The translations under genes were made by a program, and so were the position numbers. DNA of 64,000 bases from Phallusia mammillata. Lineage: Eukaryota. This document shows positions 44,701 through 64,000 of the stretch, piece after piece. The stretch is taken from positions 13,206,001 to 13,270,000 of the forward strand of contig OZ281494.1 of NCBI GenBank assembly GCA_965637545.1, read 5' to 3'. The notes beneath the pieces were generated by a model. The model was not told where the DNA came from. It saw only the letters and a list, made by a program, of their open reading frames with translations, and ran no database searches. Position 1 is the first letter of the stretch, and each line of letters opens with the position of its first letter.

Positions 44701-47700
44701 TCAAATTCGTAAATATTTACATTGGAGGGTTGTTTTGGTCCTGGCACGCCTTACAAAATTGTAACAACAGGATTAATTTTTTATTGTTGTTAACTCATGA
44801 TCTGTTCTAGAAAATATTGTTTATTGTTCTGTGCTATTTATTTATTTATTTATTTTATTCTGGTACCAATTTGTTCATTTTACTTTGACCAAAATAAATC
44901 TACAACAGTATTTCTTTTGTATTTGTATTTAACAAAGTTATATCTCTTTGTGGTGCTTACAACTCCTAACCAACAAAAAAGAGTTGCAACACACAACAAT
45001 TATGTCAATTCGTTATTACACCGCATAACATTTGCCAATTAAAATGCAGCAGACGGCACAAGAACAACATCGCTTTAATATATTGCTATGGCTTCGACGT
45101 GAACTTTCTTTTTTATGTCAAATTTCCAGTATTAAATACCGGCATAAAACATTTCAGCGACATAGCGACATTTCATTCAGTTCCAGTATTTTAAATGTTT
45201 GTTTTTTTATTTTGCTATTTGATTCTGGTATATAAATATTTTGTCCGGTATGAAACACTGGTTTCTAGAAACAGTGACATATTTTAGTGTGTTTAATTTT
45301 TGTTTTATGACTTGAAAAAGACTTGGTTTTAAAAAACCCATATTTAAAATCTCTGCTGTTCTGGCAGGGCCGGATTAAAACCATTAGAGGCCCTAAGCCA
45401 GGGGTGGCCAAACTTTTTTACCAGAGGGCCAAATTTGCAACTGTCTTGCCACTGGAGGGCCGGATTATATGAGATTTACGTAAAATTTGTCGTAACTGGT
45501 TGCCATCTTTATTAAAATATATATTATTGTAGTTACGTCATATGTCATGGTTGGCAGACTGTTCTAAAAATAACGCTGCACGGGCATTTATTCTAAAAAT
45601 AACAACGCTTGCCACAAGCTACTGCTAGTAGCAGCCAACTGCTTATTCACAGTGGTAAATATGGTGCTTGGAAAAAAACCAGGCAAGGTGTTTGGCGGGC
45701 CGGATGAAACTGGACTGGGGGCCGGATGCGGCCCGCGGGCCTGTAGTTTGGCCACCACTGCCCTAAGCACTAAAACAATTTGGTGCCCCTTACATCATTT
45801 TTAATTCGAAATATAAACGTAAAAACAAAATTCTTCATCGAGATTTCGATTTTAACATAATATACAGCAAGGGTAATAGACTATAAGCTTAGCTGATATT
45901 AAACTGGCAGATTTGTTTCAGAATGTCAGAAATACTTCAAAACTCAATTAAAAACGCCTAATTTTGCTGCTGCCTTCCCCAGTCTCAGCACTGTTGCCCA
46001 ATTGTAAAACATACTAGTATTAGCGTCGTGTTTAATTTACGTTTGCCACATACGCGAATATGTTTTCAAACAGCATGCTATTAACTATAAGCATTCATTT
46101 CCTTTCTGTCTTGACCGGGGGTGCCCAATCTTTTTGACTCAAGATCGACGTTTGAGGTAGTCCAACTCTCGGGATCTACCATTCCGATACAAACTAACAA
46201 GATAATGCAAGACTCTGTGTGTATTACCAAAGGAAAACTCGCATTTTCCTAGCCCTGTTTTACGTTTTTTATCGTGGTTTGGGTGTGACTTTTTACACTG
46301 CATTGAACTTATTTTTTTATAATTCATCCGATGCTAATCTTGATAATAGAAAAAGTACCAGCACAAAGTAACCATTACTACTGTAACTATTATTTTTGTG
46401 AGGTAACTATCACTTTTGTGACTTTTGCGACGTAAAGCGTCGACTGAGTATTTGTGGTGTGAACATATCAACAAATCCTAATGAATAACTTTCACAATAA
46501 AGTCATCTATGTAGGGCAACATTCCCTAAAAACGCATTACAAAAGAAGCATTTTAAATAATTTTCTGAATCCCTCGCGGTCGACTTGATATAAGTCCGAG
46601 ATCGACCAGTCGATCGCGATCGATGGGTTGGGCACCCATGAGTCTTGACTGTTTTAGGTTTTAACAAACAGAACAACACAACGTTGTTACGTCATATAGC
46701 ACGCAATCAATCCCTTTTGTGAGTCATTTTATTTGATTTTCTCGCTTTATGAACAGAACTTATTCATTTTCATTACATTTTAAATAATATATAGTTGTAG
46801 TTTTTTGTTAGATTCAATAATTTACCTAGAAACCATTTCTGTGTTGCCCCTTCTTTACTTGATGCCCTAAGCATGTGCTTATATTGCTTATAGGTTAATC
46901 CAGCACTGTGTTCTGGTATGACAGTAGGGTTCCTCTATTTCTCGACTTTTTCGTTTCTCGAGAAACGAGAAATTAAAAATCCATTTCTCAAGAATCTCGA
47001 GAGTCTCGAAATTTTGATTTAAGCCGATTTTGTAACAAAAACAAACAAAGAAATTTCCGATTGAATGTTTTTTCGCTTCTAGTAGCGATCGCAAGTAGTG
47101 ACTCGCTCGCAAACTAGCAAAAACTGAACACCTGTTATAGATCTTACGCAACCAGGCGTGACTACTGCCTAGGAAAGGTGAAAATGTAGTGGCAACGCAC
47201 ATTAAAAATCGCTGTTTCGTAAGCAAAATACGAAAGTTATGTGCCCAGTCCGCTCTAGAGGTGAGTTGAAACAAATAATACACATGATAAGAGGTGTCGC
47301 ATTTACTTTTTGTTTATGATATGTGAAGTAATTTTTCTCGAGAAATTCTTATTTATTTCTCGAGAATCGACACCCGTTTTTTTGAGATTTCCCGTTTTTT
47401 CGAAAGCCTTGGCATGCCTTTTTAGCCTTGGCATGCCTTTTTGTATGAAAGAAACCATACTTGGTGCTTCAAGCCTAATATTTCAAAATTATTTAGTCAA
47501 AATAATATTAATTTTTTTCCATACCTTTGTCAGGGGAAGCAGGCTGCGGTTTCAATATACCATTTTCAGTCAGATCATTATAAAATGGATTGCTTGGTGA
47601 CAACTTTCTGCTTTTAGATATATTTTGCTCCTTAGCTGTTTCCTCTTCCTTTAATTTTTTCTTTAATTCCTCTTCCTTTTCTTTCTCAAGCATACATAGT

Positions 47701-48230
47701 CTATGCTTTTCCTCCAGTTCTTGCTTTTCGCGTTTCTTCTGCTCATTTTTAAGTCTCTTTTGTTCTTCTTTCTCTTCACGCTTTCGCCGTATTTCCTCAA
47801 GTATTTTGTTTTCAAGCTGGAAGTTATACTAAACAAAATAAAATAACATTTTATAGTATAAAATAGAATATAAAAGTACATATTTCCAGAAGCTTTATAC
47901 AATTTAACAAAAGTTAACTGTTTTAATTTAGCACTAAATCAAACAGCATTGTAAAACACTCGTACATTAAAACACTACAAATTTATAATGATATGATGTT
48001 TTTCTGTACAAAAAAAAGTGATCAAACAACTCTTATTATTTATAGTTTAACTAAGACAAACTAAAAATATGTGTATTGTGTACCTCTAAATCTTCTAACA
48101 AAACCTCAGGATCTTTCAAATCAAAATCTGTTGCATAAGAATGGTGGGGTTTGGATGTGAAAACTTCTGACAATTTAAATTCAACCCCATCTAAAGATAC
48201 ATGACCAGACGAAGAATGTCCATATGCCAT
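41759..48230 (-). CDS. UBAP1: Ubiquitin-associated protein 1 (ESCRT-I subunit), 8 coding exons
   Basis: Phase-consistent GT-AG exons: 48230-48084, 47828-47525, 44749-44606, 44470-43770, 43232-43197, 43097-42972, 42328-42227, 41890-41759. UMA motif LDGVEF...YNFQLENKIL, EAPDPFSDMELKTIDDIQELKDVL, and three C-terminal UBA repeats (SMGFKEQDV, HFEIKNIEEAL, DMGFSTDKIKEALL). Confidence 0.88.
45399..45760. mobile_element. Nested hAT MITE
   Basis: TIR caggggtggccaaac / gtttggccaccactg; TSD ccctaagc. Confidence 0.9.
46116..46640. mobile_element. Nested hAT MITE
   Basis: TIR cgggggtgcccaa / ttgggcacccatg; near-TSD gtcttgac, with one extra base on the right; gatcgac subterminal repeats. Confidence 0.7.
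46925..47410. mobile_element. TAGGG-type MITE-like element with tctcgaga subterminal repeats
   Basis: Starts tagggttcc; many ttctcgagaa palindromes at both ends; right terminus degenerate; no TSD confirmed. Confidence 0.45.
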
Positions 48231-48240
48231 AATTGAAACT

Positions 48241-49296
48241 CTAGTATAAGTTCAAAAAGCTTGTGTTTTTCAACCTTGCTTAACAACTGACCAGGCTGTA
48301 AAAGCCATTTGTTATTTTTAGAATTTTGTTTTGTGGGTGGTGCAACTCAAGACGCTAGAGTTCTGCTAAGGGCACAACTTATCCCTACCGCTACCGTGTA
48401 AAGAATTTGAAAAATATTATCAACATGTGTAAAAACAGTCTATTTAAAAGCACGATAAAAACACAAGCATCCCAGCAATGCACAAGCTATCACACTTTTA
48501 CTGCAAACCTTTCAAAAATACATTTACTATGACATAATTTATTTCTATCGCACAGGATTTTTTAACACGGACAGCTGATTTTGGTCCTGACTATGACGTA
48601 ATTAGTTCAATCACGTATATTTACTTTTTACACCTAACGTTTGTGAATCAGCAAAGTGTCGGATTTGTGCCGCCAAGATTTATAAAATATATATATATAT
48701 GTATACATAAGTGGCGAGGCAAACTGCAAGACAAAGTTTGGGTACTTATTGCATTATAAAAATAGAATTAAAAAGTAGGTACAGGAAATATTGCCTAAAA
48801 ATTCGATGAAAAGCAACATGTAATATATTTTAGCTAATAACTTTGAGCATTTTTAGTGTTCCTCTGTTCCACTTGTACAATAGTTGCCTTCCGTTGTTTT
48901 TGCGCCACGTTTTGTTATTATGTACGCTATGAGGGGAATCACCGTCAAATGCCAAACGTCCGCAATGAGAAAAGATTTAAAAATGAACATACGTTGCCAT
49001 TTACAAACCTAAGCAGTCGTATAACTCAGTACAGTAATCTATATAATAATTTGATAAGGTTTAGAAGCGTTTTAGAAATTGCACTCCGTCTAATCTGTGG
49101 AGGTTACAACGGAATCGTCGAATTTCGAAAAAAGAGCAGCGCATTGCGCACGATCAAAGAATCTCATCCGTTGCTCTTGCTCAGACAGAAAAAAATGCAG
49201 TTTTTCAGCAGGCGAGCAACAAAATGCCCGCACGCTCTTCAGTGACATGTATATTCGTTTGAATTCTGGTTCATGATAACCTGTGCGTAATTAAAA
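48241..49296. promoter_or_regulatory. Probable shared (bidirectional) promoter region of UBAP1 and QPCTL
   Basis: About 1.07 kb between head-to-head start codons; tgacgtaa CRE-like site near 48593. Confidence 0.5.
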
Positions 49297-55035
<5,739 letters not shown>

Positions 55036-56684
55036 CCACCCACGGAATGTAATAGTTTAATTGGTGCAATTGTGTTCTTATTTGTGCCCGCTGTACACAA
55101 TGTTTTATCTTTAACCAGTACGACTTCAACTTTGCCGATTTTGGACGTGTCGTCTGTATAAGTTGAGTATATGGCCAGACGTATGTGTCCGTCCTGAATC
55201 ATGAGTTGTGGCAAAATGGTTTAATTGCCTTTAAATAACAAGAGGTATTAAGCAATACAATATTGCACTTGTTTTCACTATTTTAACTAAAAATGTGTGA
55301 CTTTTTGGCGCTGTTTTGTGTTTGTTTTACAAAGAAAAAAGACATTGTACACCTTTATGTGTCGTAACTGTAGAGATGTACTGACTTCACAGAAAGCCGC
55401 ACATCTGAAAAACTTGCTCGGACGGTTTTTACAATGTCACGAATTTTTAACAATGTCACTGGCAAAATCAGAGAGCTAAGTTTTAGCACTCAGGTCAACA
55501 CAGCGTGTAAACAAAATTTATAATTTTTCCGTGTGATGTCGCCATTGAGACAAAATGAAAGTAGAAAGTGTTAAATTCCTCACATTCCGCTAAATATTCA
55601 TCCGCCAGAGCAGTGTTGCGGTTCTCAACATCTCCGTGACTAAAACGGTACCATCATCGGATTTATTTTTCCACTCGCAAAAGTTGACAATTTTGTTTTG
55701 TTCGTTCGTCATGCGTCATTTGCAAGAGTAGGAATTGAAATAAGCGCTATAGCCTAATATGAAAGCACGCACGTGAATAGACTATTAAAATCAGATTCTA
55801 CCTTGAAGGTAGTGGTTTTTTTAAGTCTGGTTCAGTCAGTCAGTGTGTGCTACTGTTGCACGTAGTAGATCGTTTATGGGTTAGTGATGTGTATTGACTA
55901 ATGAACTTACGTACTAGTCAGTTGTGAATGTCGTGTCGATGATATCAGCGAAGAAAGAAAACGAAACTGTGGATTGTTAAAGATGTGTTGATTGATGTAT
56001 TGTGCCTTATACGCTGCATTCTGTGTTGTGTCCACTGGCCCTGGAGTTAAGAAATTTTTTTGGTACCATTAAAACCGAAAATGTTTGTCAGTAACAGTTA
56101 ACACTGGATAGCCGAGCGCATGATTACCATTACCTGTGCTATTGTAGCTTTTTTCATACCTTCGTCTTACATTAACAGTGATTATTTGTTGATGTTGACT
56201 GGTTAGCTTAGCTGCATCTTTCTGGTTCCACGCTCATGCACAAAGCAGTGCAGAACTAAGGTTCAAAGTTTCAATTTTTTAATCCGCATTAAAATAAAAA
56301 AGTTTGTTTAACCATTTGCTTCAAAGCCAGGTATTTGGTGTAATAAACTAAGCACTCCACTTACCCTGTTTTTATTGTTAAACAAATACACATTTGCCAC
56401 ATTTGCAAAAACGCACCTTATTGTTTCTTTTGTTTCTACATCTTTTACACCTTGTGTTGCCTGCAGTGTTTAAAAGTCTCTTATTATGTAGTGCAATGTC
56501 TGCTATGTTGACCTAAAAAAATCTGTTTAGGATTTTAATCTTAAAATCTCTGATATAATCAGCATTACTTTGTGCAGTTTTTTTGTTAAAAAATATGTTT
56601 TAGGGTTTTGATTTTCTGTACATAGTGTGCATTTTAACCAAGTTTTAATATCCAATGCTGGATAAAGCGATCAATACGGTCATA

Positions 56685-59600
56685 ATGCCGTTCGGAATAA
56701 AGCTGAAAAGAACAGGAAGATATATACTATCACATAAAAACTCATTCCTGGTAAGTGTTTTTATACGTAAATTGCTCTTAATACGCTGTTTTGTATTTAG
56801 GCCAGCCATTGAGTCAGAAACAAAATAGGACATCTGTGAAATTATAATGATTTTTGTTGCTTAAAAATTAACTGATGACTTTGCATGCAAAATTTGTGTA
56901 AACCTATTTTCATCATTGTAGATGAACTAACTTAGCTTTGCTTGCCCAAAATACCTAATAATGGCTTTTTGTGTGTTATATTTCTATTTTTTTTAAATAA
57001 GTCACAAATCAAAAGCCATGTGATTTAAGAAATTTGCTTTTAAATGTTCATGGGATAATCTTGGTAAGGATGAAATGACAACCTGGGTTACAATGCTGAT
57101 TCTTTTAGATTCGAGTGCAACTGCTTGACAATTCAGTGATGGAATGTACACTGACAGTTGAAAACACAGGAAGTGATTGTTTAAATGCAGTTGCACAAAA
57201 ACTTGAACTACGGGAGGTTTGTGCAACTAAAATTACCCTAGTTTTATTCTGTGTATTGTATTTACTGTTATCTTTTGAAATTACACTCTGTTAGTGTTGA
57301 AATTTTAATTGAAAAAAATGTTGTTTTGCAAAGAACTTGTTGTAGGTTTAAAAAATTATTGTCATATATTTTGTGCAGATTCGATACTTTGGTTTAAAAT
57401 ATATCAACAAACTGTCCAAAGAACGTTGGGTAGAGTTGGACAAACCGCTAAAGAAACAAGTGGACAAAAATGCGCAGGAACCAAATCTGTTTTTTGGAAT
57501 TATGTTTTATATCGCAAATATTGATCGTTTACAGCAAGAAATTGCTAGGTATGTAGTGATGTGCATGAACAGGATTTTAATAAAGTATTTTGATTTTTTG
57601 TGTTCGGTTTCTTTAATCAATGAATATCCAGCTGCCTGATTTCTTAATCAGATGACTTTTGAATACTGTGTGTGAAGAACTTCAAAACAACTTTGTAAAT
57701 CAGTGTAGATTTTTAGCAAAGAAACTGCAATGAACTTAATTAAAGAATTTATATTTCAACATATGGGGATATTTTTGCTTGACTATGTTTTAGATTATGT
57801 TTTGTTTTTGAATATATATGATTTGTAGGTATCTTTATTACCTCCAAATGAAAAACAATGTCATCAGTGGAGGTTTAAAATGTAATACCAACGAAGCTGT
57901 TGAATTGGCCAGCTATGTGTTACAAGGTAAATGTTAAGGACAACATTTGTTTAATAGGTTTTTTTGCCATCTGTTGTGGTGAATGTAAAATGTCATCATA
58001 TATACATAGTAGTGCTTTGTAATGTTACTTCAATCAACATAATTGGTAATGTTTTGTGTTAAAATTGCACCAGGAAACATAGACAGTTATTGAAACTGTA
58101 TGACTTCCTGTGAAAGAGGAAGTGATAACAGAGTTTCTCTTTACCAAATCATTACCTCCTACCCTCCTGTGCACACTGTCGTAACATGTTGCAGGTGTAT
58201 CACAAAATTACTTTGTAATACTGGTTCGTCCAACTCAAAGTAATAACTTTTAGTGGAAGAGCTATTTGACAAAAAAGCATCTGTTTTGGTACATCTTTGT
58301 TTACAATCTCTTGTATTAAATAATCTTTTATGAACCCCATTTAAACAAACATGTGGTAAAAGTGTTACTAGCTGAACATTGTTTACATAAAAGTCTGTTT
58401 ATGGTAATAAACCTTAAACTTGGGTACATGGCAAACCCACATAAGAAAAACATTAGATCAAATATTCTTTTTTAGCTGAATTCGGAGACCATGACGAAAC
58501 CATTCATAATGTGGAATATTTTCGGGATTATATTCTCTTCTCTGAGGTAAACACCCTAGTTAAGGCCTAAAAAATATTGTTTAAATTACACAGAATAATA
58601 ATATGTTAGGTTTTACTTTAAACTGTTTCAGGCCTGTTTTTCATTGAGTCTGCATATTGTATGTGCTAGCATCCAATGATAAAATTGTCTATGTATAATT
58701 AATTAGTTTTCTGTGTACTAATACCAAGTCCAATTTACCAGACGTTAACACCAACTGAGGAGGCGTTGGATGGGTTGACCATGCAAACAATCGAGCTGCA
58801 CAAGAAACACAGGTTTGAAATTGTTTTGTTAGCTAAGGTACAGCCTCTTTGTTTGAAGCAATCTTAAAGTAATTAAAATATGTGCTTTAATTAAAATTAT
58901 CAATAACATTTTTTGTTTTAAAATCTAAGCTTGACTTGTGTTTTGTACATGCATGTTTTGTGTTGAATCTTAATACCACACTACTTTAGGCATTAAAAAT
59001 ATCAGTTCCTGTTAATATGCTTGATAGTTTTTGAAATGGGACTATATCAATGTAAGTTCTATTTCAAGAAATGTTTCTCTTTTTGCAATGACATCATTGT
59101 ATATTCGGTGGGTTATTGGTCACAAGAAATCAATAAAAATGTCTGGGCAGACATCTCAAACGCTGCTTAAATATTTGTCTATACCACCAACAATGGATTT
59201 TTATTTGGTTTGTGACCCATAGGAATTTTTGTGTCTTGAGTCATTCGTAGTTGCTACATTTTAACTCCACATACAGATTGTAAAATATTGTGAAAGGTGT
59301 GGCATTTGTATGAATCATACAATGTGTAACATATGGTTAGGTTATTGCTATTAAACTGTGTGTTACCTCATATGTTTAATGGATAATGAATCTATTGTTT
59401 GCTTGACTTTCTTATTACTGTGTAGGAGTGAAAAGATTCCACTAACCTGCAAAGGCATTGTGGCATTTCTTACTAAAAATCCCGTTTGATCCAATCGTTT
59501 TTACCTGCTATAAATCTAAAAAACAGTTCAGTTACAATTAATACTGTTATACAGTTTAATTAATTACTGTTCAATTCTCTCACATATTAATATACTTCCA

Positions 59601-62600
59601 CTTTTTTAGGGGTCTTAGTGCTTCAGATGCAGAATACAACTATATTCTAAAGTCAATACATCTGGATGGTTTCAGTGAAGATCTTCAATTGGCAAAGGTA
59701 CAGTACTATTGCATGCAGAGAAACATACCAATTTGTAGTGTTACCGTAAGTGCAAGTTGGTAAGACTGTAGGAAAGGAGAATTGACCAAATTTAGATTTT
59801 TTTGCCTACATGAAAGTAACTGTATAACTCAATATTCTTTACAAAATTACAACACAAACACTAAGATGGTTTGATGAGGCAGTGCTTCTCAAACTTTTTT
59901 CTCACTGGCCCCTTTACAAGATGGTTAGATGGAAAACATACTAAAAGAAAAAAAGATTATGATAGCTTAAGCTCATTTAGTGGCGCCATTTTATCAGCTG
60001 CGGATGTTATATTAGCCAGTAATACAAAAACATTTCAACAAATTGCTTTTGTTGGTTGTTTCATAACAAAAAAAGTTTGTCAGTTCCCCTTTTATACATG
60101 CAAACTTGCTAGGGGGATGCTTGTACCCTGTTGAAAAACCACTGGTTTGGACAAAGTAAATTTTAAACATTTATCAAGATTTTTTGTGATTGCTTCTGTC
60201 CTTGAGTGTTTTTTTTTGCAAAAAGAATGAATCCAACCATGATATTGAAGTTGGATCATCATTTGCTGGAGTTGTCATCAAACCAGTATCCAAAAGTCGA
60301 TCTACCAATTATGTTTGCCATGAATGGGAAGTTGTTGAACAAATTTCACATTCAAAGTCCAGCTTGGTCGTTGAAATTCGTCACACTGATTCATCTCTAT
60401 CTTCCTTACACTTCCATATGGTAGGAATAGGAATGCCTAAATTTTTACCATTTTCTATAGTTAGTATATTTCTGGGATAATGTGATAACAATTAAAGCTT
60501 ACATATCACCTCAAACAGGCACAAGTTCTTTGCAATGATTTTAATGGTAAAAGCTTATACAATTATGTTTGATGCTGGTTATATCATAGAGCTTTTCATG
60601 TATACACACTACACCAGTGGTTCTCAAACTTTTTTGACCGCGACCCAAATCTGAGTTTTATGAACATCTCACGACCCAAGCCTCAAACATCATAAAATGT
60701 TTTTTTGTATGCATGGAAAAAGACGCAGGCAGCTAGTTGCATCTTCAATGCACCGTTCTATTTTTCATTCAAGAGACCACTTGATATTTTTGATTCGACT
60801 TTTAACTGTGCTGTTCGATAATGAGACGGACTGCAATTTTGAGGCCACGTCGTCGCCGCATAGGAGTCTGCCCATGTCAAAATGGCTGCAGGCCTAACAA
60901 GGTCGATTCGTTCAACAACACTGCATAACACAACACACACTGTGGCTTTGCAGCACCATGATCATTGATAGAAGTGAATCCCAAATCTATTTTTTTTCTT
61001 GGGCGTATGCTTACTTATCCTTAAACGCTAACTGTTACATCTCCAATTCAGTTTCGCATGATTAACTTGTCCTTTTATTTCCCGTGCTACGACGTTACCA
61101 GGAGGCCTATTGTCGTCTGTATGTGGTAATGATTGGTTGATTTTACTGTACAACGTGGTCGAGTGAGGTGACTTTACTTCTACTTTAGGTAAATTCGTTT
61201 GTGTTTACTTAATGCAGTAATAGTTCGTTTTTAAATCACTATAGTGCGACCCATTTTTAGACCCTGCGCGACCCACGTTTGGGTCGCGACCTATACTTTG
61301 AGAACCACTGCACTACACAGTTACATATCCAAAAACTCTGTTGAAAAAATCTAGGTTCTGTAGACACAATGTAAAGTAGCAATACTGTGTACTTTCAACT
61401 AACTCTTTTCTTCATTATGATGCCTGCTTATGGATACCAATATAGCTGTAAAGGCGAAATATATTTATCCTAAAATCTTAAGAATGAATGAATAATGTTT
61501 TTTTTCATAAACTTGAATCACTATGTACAGTTTATCAGATTTCTGCATTTCAATCTACCAAGCATTTAAACAAATTTTAATTCTTTTTTAGGAGGATGGG
61601 GATACAGCCAAATATGCTTATAGGATGCTCGAAACTAAACGAAAGTTTTATCAACAAAACAAAGATTCTCTGAAGTGAGTTTAACCAAATTGCATGTATG
61701 TTATTAAATCCTATTATTTTGAAAATCCACAAGGACACAGTGAAAATAGTTTGTGGTATTTTGTACCTGTTTAAAATTACTGTTTTTGCTTTGATACCTT
61801 TCTGTAACATCAATACATAACGAATTTGTTAGTTATTGTACATTCAAACCTAACAAGTACATGTAGACATACACGTTAGCATTCCCTTGAGTGTAGAAAC
61901 ACTTTGTATTATTGCCCTGTAATTCCCTTGGTAATACTACTTATAAAATCCCAGTCAATATTGCTGTAGCTCCTGTTAAAATCATACTGTTTGCAGAGTT
62001 ATTTAACACTTTTAAGATTGTACATATTGCAAGATTCTAAACCAGTTAAAAATGGTAAAAAACAACTAAAATGAAATAATTTGCAATTTAAAATAATATT
62101 GAAGTAGTAGTTGATGTAAAAGATGGTTAAAATTATACAACTGGTTTGTTTTCTTGTAAATGTTGTCAATGTACACAGAACTTCATGTTTAAGTGTTACA
62201 TTGGCACACCTGGTTGTTGTGCGTATAGTCAACAATGTGGTGGTATGTGATTGATAAAGTGGAATGTGAAGACCCTATTGTACGTCATTTGTTGATTTTG
62301 TAACTCTCGCTGAAAGTTGGTACTTACACTGAGAGCTAACATACTCAGTTTTAAGATCATCATTACAATTGTCACCTCTAAAACAATGTATCCACACATA
62401 ATATTACTACACATTGACATATATATATAAATGGTGGCTGGATTGTATAGTTTTATATTGGCAGTGTTATTGGCTAGTAGGTTTGAGGTTTTTGACTTTG
62501 TGTTCAGTTTTTTGCAAAATACTGTGTTTATTGTGCATATTTTTTGTGTTTATTGTGCATATCTATTGTGTGTTATTACCATTTCTTTAGCAACAAAAAA

Positions 62601-63953
62601 TGTGTTACTGGCATTTTAACCCAAACTATGACAATTGTATTTGTCATGCACTGAAAAAAACCTATAACATTTTGTGTGTACACCATTACCTACACACCCT
62701 TTTGCCACATTTAAAAAAAAAAGAAAAAGCAACTTGCCATATCATAATATTGTGTGTCATTTTCCAATAACTGTATTTGCTATTATGTTTAAATGACATC
62801 ATTATTCATAAGATAACAAAGTAAACAGTTTCTTCACAAAACAGTCTCAGATTATCATCAAACATTTTTGCAGACGAAAAATGCCTGTTGAAATAACATC
62901 ACTGATCCAGCGTCGACCCACGTTGAGGAGGCATCAAGACACGGTAAGTTTCTTGTAATCTCAACCATGCCTGTGGGCTATTCCACCAAAACTGTGTGCA
63001 CAAAGTTTCCTAAGCCTTTAATTCCACATGTTTGAAATTCTCTAAGTTGATTTCGTGGAAAATCTTGTAAAATTTTTGGCTATGGATTGTTTTACTGTTA
63101 TAGCAGTTGTCTCGGAAAATTAAAATTACCTGTTGTCACATGTTAAAGTCTAAATTTAAACTTTTTGAAAGCTAAAGCCACTGCTGTGGTTTGTTGCATC
63201 CATACACACTCATGTAAAGCCAAGACATTGTGTCTGGGTATCAAGTTGGTATTTTGCCTTCTAAACAATTGCCATCTTGTTATTGTAAAACTTACGTGGG
63301 TGGCGATTTTTAGTGAAATTTGAAATAAGTACAGTTTTTACAATTATGTGGAGAATTTAAGACCCTTTTTTATTTTGCTGGATTTTGTTAATTAAATTTG
63401 ATTGCTAAACTGTGTTCAATCAACCAAAGTAATGCTTAAAAAGGTAATGTTTATGTCAGAGGTGGGTAACCTTTTCATTCAAAAAGGCCATCCAACTTTT
63501 TGTGTCATGTAGGCTGCATCGACTATTTCTCAGGTCTAGAACAGTGGTTTCCAGACATTTTGATTTACTTTCCAAATAGCACAGTCCAAGCAGAATGCAA
63601 TGTTGAACCTAAATAAATTTCCCACTACACCAATCAGGATTTATTTTACCTACATATTACAGTTTTTATTGTATATCAATGATAGAAGTTTGTTACATTA
63701 TGCACAAACAATTGCTTAATTTTCACATAAATAAGATTGTTGAGTAATAAGCTCTTAGTAGTCTCATGAAAAAAAAACTAGTGCCGAAACAGCTGGACTA
63801 GAACCAGTTAAAAAAAAGGCTGCAGGTTCCCCACCCATGGTTTACTACTGAGAAACAAACCACTTTTCTTTGTGTTTTAGAATGAGAGTGAAGGCACTGA
63901 GCAAGTTGTACCTGTTCATGCTGGTCGAAGTGCCGAGTTTGTTTCATCACAAG
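56685..63953 (+). CDS. PTPN14: FERM-domain tyrosine phosphatase PTPN14/PTPN21 (Pez), 5' exons only; continues beyond the window
   Basis: Exon 1 [13 protein letters not shown] (56685-56750), [15 protein letters not shown] (57109-57216), RYFGL...[15 protein letters not shown]...LFFGIMFY...LQQEIAR (57379-57548), [31 protein letters not shown]. Further exons run to 63881-63953. These match the PTPN14/21 N-terminal FERM as recalled; the vertebrate paralog cannot be assigned. Confidence 0.85.
59880..60144. mobile_element. hAT MITE in a PTPN14 intron
   Basis: TIR cagtgcttctcaaac / gttgaaaaaccactg; TSD not preserved. Confidence 0.6.
60615..61310. mobile_element. hAT MITE in a PTPN14 intron
   Basis: TIR cagtggttctcaaac / ctttgagaaccactg; TSD cactacac; cgcgaccca subterminal repeats. 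Confidence 0.9.
63457..63839. mobile_element. Degenerate hAT MITE
   Basis: cagaggtgggtaacc / ggttccccacccatg; partial TSD gttta(tgt/cta). Confidence 0.4.
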
Positions 63954-64000
63954 GTAAAGCATTTTTTAACCTGGACATGCCTGAAATGTCATTTTTATAT

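Larger units (their letters stand above)
45365..46908. mobile_element. Tip100-like non-autonomous hAT element in a UBAP1 intron, carrying two nested MITEs
   Basis: TIR cagggccggatt / aatccagcactg; TSD tgttctgg. Confidence 0.85.

Noticed and set aside
47508-47902. Separate small ORFs at 47508-47693, 47590-47832 and 47663-47902
   Set aside because: They are explained as frames or antisense of UBAP1 coding exon 2.

Overview
AT-rich metazoan genomic DNA with compact GT-AG introns. It looks invertebrate-chordate or ascidian-like, but that is inference only. The window has two very different halves. (1) About 1-40.5 kb is an accessory, transposon-dense region. It holds a cluster of four intact single-exon ORFs (3707-6859 +, 29257-31578 +, 32631-35279 -, 38308-39615 +) and one interrupted pseudogene copy (20051-25298 -). 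These encode an unrecognised family of Q/N/S/P-rich disordered proteins that share short motifs in the same order: PxVx[L/F] (HP1-binding type), SUMO-interaction and psi-K-x-E motifs, an LLx(M/L)G helix, a basic NLS-like tract, a PRxDxxYxxHLxxL box and a terminal VxLxDIF-like motif. The pseudogene lies in a roughly 2.8 kb inverted duplication of the 3' end of the first gene. It was then hit by a deleted Gypsy LTR element (5-bp TSD, perfect tRNA-Pro PBS, SCAN-like gag plus protease) and by several hAT elements. Two different hAT MITEs sit at the identical nucleotide in the two LTRs. The sister arm carries a palindromic hAT excision footprint exactly where the other arm still holds the MITE. (2) About 41.7-64 kb is conserved multi-exon genes: UBAP1 (-), a QPCTL-like glutaminyl cyclase (+, head-to-head with UBAP1) and the FERM-coding 5' part of PTPN14/PTPN21 (+, runs off the window). 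Their introns contain many hAT MITEs. No rRNA, tRNA gene or CRISPR array was seen.
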